The notes under the pieces: model-generated
Seen by the model: only the letters and a program-made list of their open reading frames with translations
What the model was told of the DNA's origin: nothing
Databases searched by the model: none
Part shown: in pieces, positions 11,679 to 23,600 of the stretch
Layout of the letters: every line of letters begins with the position of its first letter
Position numbering within the stretch: position 1 is the stretch's first letter
Source of the DNA: Felis catus
Taxonomy: Eukaryota
Direction: 5' to 3'
Length of the DNA stretch: 64,000 bases
NCBI RefSeq assembly: GCF_018350175.1
Contig: NC_058368.1
Coordinates: forward strand, 25,422,001-25,486,000
Program-made: the position numbers and the translations under genes

Positions 11679-14600
11679 CCTCATATATATGCTTAACTCA
11701 AATAGCTATGCCCAAACTGTGATCAATAATCTTTATGGAATAAATGAACAGTATATACACATTATACAAAAAGGAGGTAGACCTGTGTGTAGTCCCGTGG
11801 AAGCAAGTGGGAGCCTACGGAGGTGGGGGAATGACAAGAAAACAAAGCAATGTTAAACAGGAAAATTAATCAAAGCTGGTTTGCCTGACAACCTGCCTTC
11901 CATGATCTAAGCTGTATCACTTACAGGCCTCCTCAGTCTATCCATTTCCCAAGTGAAGAGAATTATCCGCCCTCTTTCCAAGACAGGTCAGACGCCAGTA
12001 AGGGTGAGGAGACAGAGGGGGGCTTGGCTGGCTTTGTAAGGAAAGCACAATCACTTCAGCTCAAGAGACCAGAGTTGAAATGAGCCACAAAAGCAGAGCT
12101 AAGATAATACTTTGGAGCAAGAGGGAAGAGTGAAATATGGACTGGGTATGAGAGGACATTAGGAAACTTTATTGAATGTTTTAGTGCAATAATGGTTTAT
12201 GGTTATGTAAGAGATGTCCTTACTTTCTGGACAGATGACGAAATACTCAAGAGTAAACTGGCAATGATGTCAATAATTTACTTTAAAGTCATCAGCAAAA
12301 GATTGGGGCACCTGGCTGGCTCAGTCAGAGAAGCAGGTGGCTCTTGATCTTGGGGTCATGAGTTTGAGCCCAGCACTGGGTGTACAGATTACATAACTAA
12401 ACTTTAAAAAAAATAAATATAAAAAATAAAATGAGCAAAAGAATATATGTATATGTAATGTGATAAAATATTAAGTCTTGAATCCAGGTGGTGGGTACTG
12501 GTATGCACTGTTCATTGTATCATTCTTTCTACTTTTCTGTATATTTGAAATCTTTTCAATAATAAAAAAAAATAAAAGTATAGCCAAGCAAAATATAATT
12601 CCTTTTTTTAAAAAAGAGCCAGAACTGCCTAGGCTTAGGAGGAGATCCGGAGATTATGGTATATAGATTTATGGGCAAAAACAAAGAGGAGAATGTCATA
12701 GGTCAGTGCTTTCATTTTATAATTCTGTAAGCTTAAGTTTTTGTTTTTCAAAAGCATGTAATACTTGTGTGATTTTATTTATTTTTCTGGTATTTTTATT
12801 TATATCCAAGTTAGTTAGCATATAGTGCAACAATGATTTCAGGAGTAGATTCCTTAAGCTCCTTACCCCTTTAGCCCATCCCCCCTCCCAAAACCTCTCC
12901 AGTAACCCTCAGTTTGTTCTCCATATTTATGAGTCTGTTTTGTCCCCCTTCCTGTTTTTATATTATTTTTGCTTCCCTTCCCTTATGTTCATCTGCTTTA
13001 TATCTTAAACTCCTCACATGAGTGGAGTCATATGATATTTGTCTTTCTCTGACGAATTTTGCTTAGCATAATACCCTTTAGTTCTGTCCACGTAGTTGCA
13101 AATGGCAAGATTTCATTCTTTTTGATTGCCGAGTAATACTCCATTGTATAGATGTACCATATCTTCTTTATCCATTCATCCATCAACGGACATTTGGGCG
13201 CTTTCCGTACTTTGGCAATTGTTGGTAGTGCTGCTATAAACATTGGGGTGCATGTGCCCCTTCAAAACAGCATACCTGTATCCCTTGGATAAATACCTAC
13301 TAGTGTAATTGCTGGGGCACAGGGTAGTTCTATTTTAATTTTTTGATGAACTTCCATACTGTTTTCCAGAGTGGCTGTACCAGCTTGAATTCCCAACAGC
13401 AGTGCAAAAGAGATCCTTTTTCTCCACATCCTCGCCAACATCTGTTGTTGCCTGAGTTGTTAATTTTAGCCACTCTGACAGGTTGAGGTGGTATCTCATT
13501 GTGGTTCTGATTTGTATTTCCTGGATGATGAGTAATGTTGAGCATTTTTTCATGTGTTGACTGGCCATCTCGATGTCTTCTTTGGCGAAGTGTCTATTCA
13601 TGTCTTTTGCCCATTTCTTCACTGGTTTGTTTTTTTTGGGTTGTTGAGTTTGATAAATTCTCTATAGGTTTTGGATACTAACCCTTTATCTGACATGTCG
13701 TTTGCAAATATCTTCTCCCATTCCATCGGCTGCTTTTTAGTTTTGCTGATTGTTTCCTTTGCTGTGCAAAAGCTTTTTATTTTGATGAGGTTGCAATAGT
13801 TCATTTCTGAATACTTGGGTGACTTTAAAAGCCCCTCTAGGGGGCCTTACTTTAAAATATCTATATGAAGTTCCTTAAAAAGAACAAACTAGACAAATTT
13901 TATCAAAGAATATTTAGGAGATTAAGTATCTATAGTTGTGCTAAGATTAGGTGTGTAAGATCCCTCCTTCAAATTAAAGAGCCAAAACATTACCCCCAAA
14001 TAAAAGTTTAGTGAAACAAATCTATTTTAAGTACTTTAAAATACTGTACTTTAAGTACTGGCTTGTTTATTTTTTCACTTTCCTGTGAAAAATAGTTAGC
14101 ATTAAAACAACCGACGCAGGGAAAGTTTACTTACCTGGCAAACCATCAAAAGGCAAGTGTCTACTAGCTGCCCCTTCTGAGGAGCAGAACAAAGCCAAAT
14201 AACAGGGCTTCTCCCTCAGCCTCCGGCAGTCTTCCTCCAGCGTCGTCTCTGAGCCCACCCTCCTCTCACCCGCTCTACGCAGAGAATAGAGCCTGTGCTT
14301 TTGAAAACACTGATAATCAGCCTCTTCACACAACGGTCCCTCACACTGGCCCAGACACCTAGTTCTACTACGTGAACACCATGTTGTTCAAAGTCCTCAC
14401 TTTGGAGGCTTCTCATTCTCACTTCCAGCACACTAAGAAACCAAGAACCGAGAAAAGTGATTATATTCTTTTTTTGCTCCCCCTGCCACCTGACTCAGTC
14501 TTGCTTTTTTCATCCCAAATTCTATCACCAGTCTAAGTACCATCAACAATCATACAGACAACCACACGGTTGCCCCTGACCTTCCGAATTCCAAAGACTT

Positions 14601-17600
14601 TCATTTCGATCCCTGCACCCCCAACCCCATAGACAGATGTTCTCAAGACTTCCTTTCAGAAGTACTTTATTCCTTTCTATAGACTTTATTACTCCAAACG
14701 ATTCCACCTCTTAATTATTAAAACCTACCATCCCACTCTGACCACAGTATCATTGTGATGTCCTATTTCTCACCTGTTCACCCAAACTACACTGCCAACC
14801 CCTCCTCCTTTGGCTTTAATCACACCTTATCCTCTCGCTCTCTTCTGACCTCTCTGGCTATTCTTCCTCAGTTCGCCCAGAATACTCCATTTCGCTCCTT
14901 AATGTCAGCGTCTGTTAAGGTTCTCTCTCAGGTTTACTTTTCTCTCTCTCTCAGAGTTCTGTTATTATCACTCTATTCTCAGCGCCGGGGTGATCCTATA
15001 CAAGCCCACAGCATCAAGCACTCCACTGTCTTTATCTCCAGATCAGTCCTCCTCTTTACAGCTCTAGAGCAGTACTGTCCAACAGACATATTAAATGGGA
15101 CATATTAAAATGCCACATTAAAAAAGGTAAAAAAAAAAAAAAAAACACAAATGGTATGAGTTTTAATATAGTTAGCCCAATATATTTAAAATATCATCAC
15201 TTTGGGGCGCCTGGGTGGCGCAGTCGGTTAAGCGTCCGACTTCAGCCAGGTCACGATCTCGCAGTCCGGGAGTTCGAGCCCCGCGTCAGGCTCTGGGCTG
15301 ATGGCTCAGAGCCTGGAGCCTGTTTCCGATTCTGTGTCTCCCTCTCTCTCTGCCCCTCCCCCGTTCAAGCTCTGTCTCTCTCTGTCCCAAAAATAAATAA
15401 ACGTTGAAAAAAAAAAATTAAAAAAAAAAATCATCACTTTAACATGTAATCAAGACAGAAATTACCAATAAGGTGCTTTCCATTCTTTATTTCATATTAA
15501 GCCTTAGAAATTTGGTATGCATTTTATATGCTAACAGCATATTCAGATGAGCCACATTTCACATGCTCAATGGCAGGCGGCTACCATATTGAACAGCACA
15601 GCTCCAGACTGATATACACATGGACCCTACCAAGTCTTCCTCGGTCCCCACATCTAGGATGTCATCAAATTCTATTGACTCAAGCTTTTAACTGTATGTC
15701 TCATCTATAAACTTCTCTCCATCCCTCATTAGTACCCTGGTTCAAATCACCTTTAACTTTCAAATGGAAAACAAAACAGTCTCCTAACTAGTCTCTACAG
15801 TTCTGCCAACAATACCTTATTTACTTTAAGGCCAGGCATGGGTAAAAGAATACAGACTCTACTGGGGGAAAGGAAAATGTACAAGACCAGGACTGGCAAG
15901 ACAGAAATGTAATCTAGTCTTTCCAGTAACTCTTGAAAAGGTTTTCTAGGACCAAGAGGTATACTAAGACATGGCACAGGTTCTATTTCAGAGGAGAAAA
16001 TTTTAGTCTCTCTTCCTATGGGGCAAGCATGATAAAATGGCTTTGCCAGGGAGGGAATACCCAGTCTGCTTGGCAGTCTGGCCTTAAGGTATCAACTGTT
16101 CATAGAATAACCCACAATACCTGATGATGCCCTGAACCTGGGAACGTGGATGCAACTGGGATCCTTGAAAGGTTCCCACTCTCACTATCCCAATCCCAGG
16201 CTGTCCTGGGCTCCATGATGAGCTGAGCTTCACTGCCCCTGTTAGAGCTAGAAGGAGAGACAACAAACCAGCTCGCTGTCTACATTAAATGCATGAGAAT
16301 CCAGGATGATTCTTGGACAATTCTGCTCCCTGCAATAAATGCACCATAGTCCAAGCTATCCCATACATTTCAATCAGTATTTTATCCCAGTCCCAGGCAC
16401 TCAATATATTTACCAAATGCAAATCGGGTGGTACAATTATGCCAATACGCTCTACTACCAAGAAGTTCAAAGTCCGCGAAACTGACACCTATCTGGCCTG
16501 CTGTATCTGCTCCTTCCCTACAAATAACCTATACCCAAACATACCAAACCGCGTGACTCCCCCAAAAGCATCCACGGTCTTCCATTCCTGCATGCCTTCT
16601 TCCGTGCTATTCTGTCTTTAACCTTACTCCACCTGGCTTCATTCTTGCCTTTATAAACAGCAGAGCTTTCAGACACAACACCTCTCACTGAATTCACTTT
16701 CTTGCACTCAAAGCTTCGTAATTTTGATGCCCTTCATCCATGATCCAAGAGTGTCCTGTGTATACCTTTGGGCATATCACCACTGAATTACATCTGTGGC
16801 TTATCAATCAACCCCCCACCCCCACCCCCGCCTGCTCAAGTGTGAGCTCCTCAAAGGCACATAAGCTGTTTCTCATTTCTCATGTCTGGAACATGACAAG
16901 GCCTCAATAAAAGTTTAAATGAATAAATAAAAGTTGGAGTTAAACATCATAACATACCAGATTTTGTTAGATTATTAGACTCTGTTTCCTCTAACTGAAC
17001 ATCTGAAAACGAAGCTTCCGAAGGTACCTTCTTCTGTTCATCTTTTAAACTTTGTGCAATTTGCTGTGTAAAGAAATCAGAAACAAAATTAAAGTGTAGT
17101 TTTCAGCTGTATTTTGCAACATGAACACGTTCTTTCCAAAAAGCTAAAAAAAAAAAAAATCTAGTTAATAAATGAATGGACTAATGAAACTAAGGCAAAA
17201 CAACCCATGGAAATGAAAAAGTTGAATTAGTATAGAGCGTCCCTATTCCCGTAAACACGTACATAGCCTTTTGTGAATCACTAATCTCAGAACCATTACC
17301 AGGTATTTGCTGAAGGGTCAAATACACGAGCCTCCTATAGGAAGCTACTTTCAACTTGATGTTTAGAAACAAACTTTAAGATTGGACACATTCTGAATGT
17401 CAGAAATGCTTTATCAAGTAACTGGCCAATTCAAACAACTCACTTTCTCTCTATGAGAGAATGGGTACAGTAAGCTATTTTTCAGATTATTAAAAATTAG
17501 CTTATGCACTGAGACTATTCAACCCTTCTTCACTGCCTAAAGAATAACATCAAACACACACAGGTCACTAACTACTAAGTAATGAAAACTTCACTAGTTT

Positions 17601-20600
17601 ACATTCCCACCTTTTTAAAAGTGGAAATACACAGAAACGGAGACTAACAGACACTTAGCTACTGACAAAAGGAATGGCCAGAGAACTATCTAGGAGACAG
17701 ACTCTGGGCCAGTCCTCTTACTCTGCGTGCAGAAACTAGAAAGTGTAGCTAATCCCTAAATGGCACACAGATGTCACAGCAAGATCACCTTATACCCCTA
17801 TCCCCCACCAAAAGAAAAACAAAGCAAACATTTGCTGCAAGTGGTGTCCTTAAACCAAAGGGTCTACACAAGAGAGCATCAGGACACTGGCCATGTGATG
17901 ACTGAATAAACATACTAAATGTGTCACTAAATTACAATGAGGGGGGCTTTAGTAAACCTCATCACCTAATGGTCTATTAGATAGATTACGAGATTACATC
18001 TGTGTGCCATTTAAGGATTAGCTACACTTTCTGGTTTCTGCACCCAGAGTAAGAGGACTGGCCCAGAGACTGTCTCCCAAATAGTTCTCTGGCCATTCCT
18101 TTTGTCAGTAGCTAAGTGTCTGTTAGGTCTCCATTTCTGTGTATTTCCATCTTTATAAAAGTAGAAATGTAAACTAGTGAAGTTTTCGTAGTTAGTGATC
18201 TGTATATTACAGACATTGATATGTTTGTAATATAAAACTACTATAAAGAAGACAAGGAAAGGAGGGGAACAAGAGAAAGATACAATTCCCCAGATTGGGC
18301 TGAGCAACAGATCTAGTCTTTGTCATATACACTTTGTGGGCTTCAAAACCAAGGTAACTTCTGTACATGAACTATTGATTGGTTCCCTGGAATTATTAGC
18401 AGTATCCAAACACCAAAAGAATTCCTACCATGAGCCTGCAGAATAAGAAAAGGTGGGCAATAAACTAACAGCCCCAATACTACATGCCCTTCCTATATGT
18501 ATCTGATCCCTGCATGGTTGATTTTCATATTATTAAAAAAAAAAAGTATTGGGGCGCCTGGGTGGCTCAGTCGGTTGGGCGTCCGACTTCGGCTCAGGTC
18601 ATGATCTCGCACTCCGTGAGTTCGAGCCCCGCGTCAGGCTCTGTGCTGAGCGCTCAGAGCCTGGAGCCTGTTTCGGATTCTGTGTCTCCCTCTCTCTCTG
18701 ACCCTCCCCCGTTCATGCTCTGTCTCAAAAATAAATAAACATTAAAAAAAAATTAAAAAAAAAAAGTACTATGCAAACAATATAACTACCCAATATATAA
18801 ATTTAAGGAGAAATCAGGAGAAGGGATGAAAAGTTGAGGAGAATATTCTTAAAATAGGTTAGGGCATTAAACCAAGTAGCCTGGTATATTTCAAGCCTGT
18901 TAGCTTTAAAACAAACACACTTCTTACTACACACATATCAGCCTAGGCACTGAAGCGTTAGGTTAAGTGAATATGCTGGCGAGGGTGTGTGGCAACAGGA
19001 ATGGGTTAGTATACTTACGTATACTTCTTTGCTCTGTCAGCCGACAGGATCCAAGAGCAAGAACCCCCGATAGCTATGAGCACACCCAGCACCTAAACTT
19101 TGTTTGCTAATTCCTTTCTCCAATAAAAGAAGCCAGGACTCCTTGGAGAAATGGCTGACTCTAGGGCTACGACAGGAAATAGGCAAGATGCGCCTGGAGC
19201 CGAGAGATAAGGAAGTGTTCAAAAAACACACAAACAAACCTATAAGCTGGGGATCTGTCAAAGGGACCCAGGAACCAAGTGAAAGAGCTCCCAATGGTCA
19301 AAGTTGGAACTATTTGAGCAAAACAGCAGTGGACTATAATCCAAAGTACAAAATAAATACCCATGAGTCCATACTGGTATCAATAAGTGATTAAATAAAT
19401 ACATAAATGCATAAAAGGAAAAAGATTTCCCTTGCAGACAAATTCTAAATAATTTATGCAAATACTCTGCATCTCAAGGAAGCAGCATAGCTTGGGGAAA
19501 AAGAGCAACTTGCCAGTGAAGAAATCTGACGATGCTTCCTCAGCCAGGTGATCAAGTTCAGTTAACAACTTGATAAGTCATGTTGATAGCATCTAGCCTA
19601 GATATGATGTTCTAAAAAAGTTACTTTGGATTTTCCTCCCCAAAACACATACCACCAGTCTAATCATGAGAAAAACATCAAATTCCAACGGCAGGGGGTT
19701 AGGGGGAACCCTACAAAATACTTAACCAATTCTCCTCAAAAATGCTAAATTAAAATCATCAAAAACAAGGAAAGTCTGAGAAACTGTCATAGGCAAGAGA
19801 AGCCTAACATAACATGAAAAACAAATGCAATATAGTGTCATAAATAGGATAATGGGATCCTGGAATCGAAAAAGACATTACATAAAAACTAAGGGAATCC
19901 AAATAAACTATGGCCTTTAATTAATACCAATGTATCATTACCGGCTCATTAACTGTAGCAAATGTACCATACTAACATAAGATGTTAATTAACAGAGACA
20001 ATTGGATGTTGAGTACATGGGAACTCTCTGTACTACCTTCTCAATTCTTCTGTAAATCTAAAACTGTTCTAAAAAAATAAAATCTAGAGGGTATTATGCT
20101 AAGTGAAATTAGTCACTCAGAGAAAGACAAAAATCATATGACTTCACTCATATGAGGACTTTAAGAGACAAAACAGATGAACATAAGGGAAGGGGAACAA
20201 AAATAATATAAAAATGGGGAGGGGGACAAAACAGAAGAGACTCATAAATGTGGAGAACAAACTGAGGGTTACTGGAGGGGTTGTGGGAGGGGGGATGGGC
20301 TAAATGGGTAAGGGGCATTAAGGAATCTACTCCTGAAATCGTTGCTTCACTATATGCTAACTACTTTGGATGTAAACTTTAAAAAACAAAAAATAAAGTT
20401 AAAAAAATAAAATAAAATAAAATCTATTACAAAAGAAAAGAAACTCAGGATATGTGTTCTCCAGGAAAAGCAGTCTAAACAGAAACAGGATAATATCTGA
20501 GCCACATTTATAACTTAACAACAGAGATTACTACTCAGGACCAAAAAGTATGGGGATAAATATCAGATATACTTAGGAAGAAATGGACTTTAAACTATTT

Positions 20601-23600
20601 TTTCACAGACTAATAAATTTAAGTCAGTACTCCTGCTGTAAGCTAATGATAATTATGGGGCGTCTGGGTGGCTCAGTCAGTTGAGCGTCCGACTTCGGCT
20701 CAGGTCATGATCTCGCAGCTCGTGAGTTCGAGCCCCGCATCGGGCTCTATGCTGACAGCTCAGAGCCTGGAGCCTTCTTCAGATTCTGTGTCTCCCTCCC
20801 TCTCTGCCCCAACCCACTCACATTCTGTCTCTGTCTCTCTCAAAAATAAATAAACACTTAAAAAAATTTTAAAAAAAAAGCTAATGATAATTAAGGAAAG
20901 ATAGTTTACGAACCTTGCAAAAATTACACTACACTTTTAAAAATACATTAGAAACATGTAATGACTGAGCAGAATTATTTCAGGGGACATTTTCAAATTT
21001 ACTGGCAACAAAATTTCCTTTGGAACTTTTCAAATAAAATAATCAGGCTGCTACTGATAACTGTTTAGGGCACCTGGTGGCTCAGTCGGTTGTCTAACTC
21101 TTGATTTCAGCTCAAGCTATGATCTCACAGTTCATGGGATGGAGCCCGAGTCAGACTCTGCACTGACAGAGCAGAACCTGCTTGGGATTCTCTCCTTCCT
21201 TGCTCTCTGCCCCTCCCCGACTCACACACATGCTCTCTCTCTCAAGATAAACATTTAAAAAATAATAAAATAAAATGCACTTTTATTTTAAATACTTTAG
21301 ATATTCCAACGAACTAGATCATGTAATTTATTTTAATAAGTTAAAAAACAGTCATATTCTGGGGCTCCTGGGTGGCTCAGTCAGTTAACTGTCTGACTTG
21401 GCTCAGGTCATGAACCTAACGGTTGGTGGGTGCGAGCCCCACATGGGGCTCTCTGCCGTCGGCACAGAGCCCACTTCGAATCCTCTGTCCCTGCCTCTCT
21501 CCCCCTTCCCCTCTTTCTGCCCCTCCCCTGCTCATACATGCTCTCTCTCAAAAATAAAAAATAAACATTAAAAAAAATAGTCACCTTCTTATAGGTAAGG
21601 GAAACTGAAAGGACAACCCCCTTCATATTAAATTTTAATACAGAAAAGCGGAAACATCAAAACTCACATTTATTAACAAGCCAATGTCTTATTTTTAAAG
21701 AAAAATAAATAACCCAGATTCATAGAACAGACTGGTGGTGTTGGGGAGGGGAGGAAGGTGGTCAAAGAGCACAAACTCCCAGAACAAGATAAATAAGTCC
21801 TGGGGATCTAATACACAGTAATGGTGACTACAGTTAACAATATTGTATTGTACATTTGAAAGTTGCTAAGAGAATAGATTTTTTAAGGTCTCACTATGTA
21901 CGTACACACAAAAATGTAACTATGTGAAGTGATAGCTGTTAACTGATTTACTCTGATAAACATTTCACATTATATACATACATTAAACCACTACCTTGTA
22001 CACCCTAAACTTATTTTTTTTCAATATATGAAATTTATTGTCAAATTGGTTTCCATACAACACCCAGTGCTCATCCCAAAAGGTGCCCTCCTCAATACCC
22101 ATCACCCACCCTCCCCTCCCTCCCACCCATCAACCCTCAGTTTGTTCTCAGTTTTTAAGAGTCTCTTATGCTTTGGCTCTCTCCCACTCTAACCTCTTTT
22201 TTTTTTTCCTTCCCCTCCCCCATGGGTTTCTGTTAAGTTTCTCAGGATCCACATAAGATGGTATCTGTCTTTCTCTGTATGGCTTATTTCACTTAGCATC
22301 ACACTCTCCAGTTCCATCCACGTTGCTACAAAGGGCCAAATTTCATTCTTTCTCATTGCCACGTAGTACTCCATTGTGTATATAAACCACAATTTCTTTG
22401 TCCATTCATCAGCTGATGGACATTTAGGCTCTTTCCATACTTTGGCTATTGTTGAGAGTGCTGCTATAAACATTGGGGTTTAAGTACCCCTATGCATCAG
22501 TACTCCTGTATCCCTTGGGTAAATTCCTAGCAGTGCTACTGCTGGGTCATAGGGTAGGTCTATTTTTAATTTTTTGAGGAACCTCCACACTGTTTTCCAG
22601 AGCGGCTGCACCAGTTTGCATTCCCACCAACAGTGCAAGAGGGTTCCCGTTTCTCCACATCCTCTCCAGCATCTATAGTCTCCTGATTTGTTACACCCTA
22701 AACTTATACAATGTTATATGTCAATTCTATCTCAATACAGCTGGGAAGAAACTAAAATTTAAAAAATAATAATAATAATAATTTTGGGGCACCTGGGTGA
22801 CTCGGTCGGTTAAGAATCCAACTCTTGATTTTGGCTCAGGTCATGATCTCACAGTTTGTGAGTTTGAGTCCCATGTCCGGCTCTGTGCTGCCAGCGCAGA
22901 GCCCGCTTGGGATTTTTTCTCTCTCTGCCCCTCCCCTGCTCACACTCTCTATCTCAAAATAAATTTAAAAACTTAAAAAAATTACAAAAAAAATTTTTTC
23001 AACTGATCAGTTATATATTTCATCATTGCTTATTAAATAAATTAAAGACTTTTAAAAACAGTCAAATATTATTTTTAAATATTTCAAGGTTATAAAATAA
23101 CAGCCAATGTCTACTGTTGACTAGTAGGTCAAGTGCTTTCTACCCATTATCTCTACTCTCACAACAAACCTCCACAGTCAGTACTGTTAAACCTACTTCA
23201 CAAATAATAACATATTCACAGAAACTAGGTAACAGATACTGATCAGAACAGCTAGAATTTGAACCTAGATCTGTCGGACTCTACAGTTTCCCTATGCCAT
23301 GCAAATGGCAACCTTACATGGGCAAAATCTGAGTCTAAAGAGATTAGCTCTCAGTTTAAAATCTTCAGATCTATAGTTAGAATCAAAGGTCTAAGTTTGA
23401 AAGTAATCTGATTGTGTATCTCGGTCGGATATAATCTAAGGACCAAAAGAAGTACAAAAAACCTTGAATTTAATAAGTTTCTTGTTAGTTATGGTATTAG
23501 TGGTGTAACTCAAACTATTTTTAGTATGTGTAACTTGGAGCAAATGAGTAAATAATGGAAGGTATATAGGAAGCCACAATTGCTTTTGTAAGAGAAGGGA

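Noticed and set aside
13028..13804. ORFs resembling a retroelement protein
   Set aside because: Frameshifted L1 ORF2 C-terminal fragments of a truncated, inactive element.
15795..16621. Cluster of short ORFs in intron 14 suggesting a retrocopy
   Set aside because: No recognisable protein similarity, poly(A) tail or TSD; probably an old repeat relic I cannot name.
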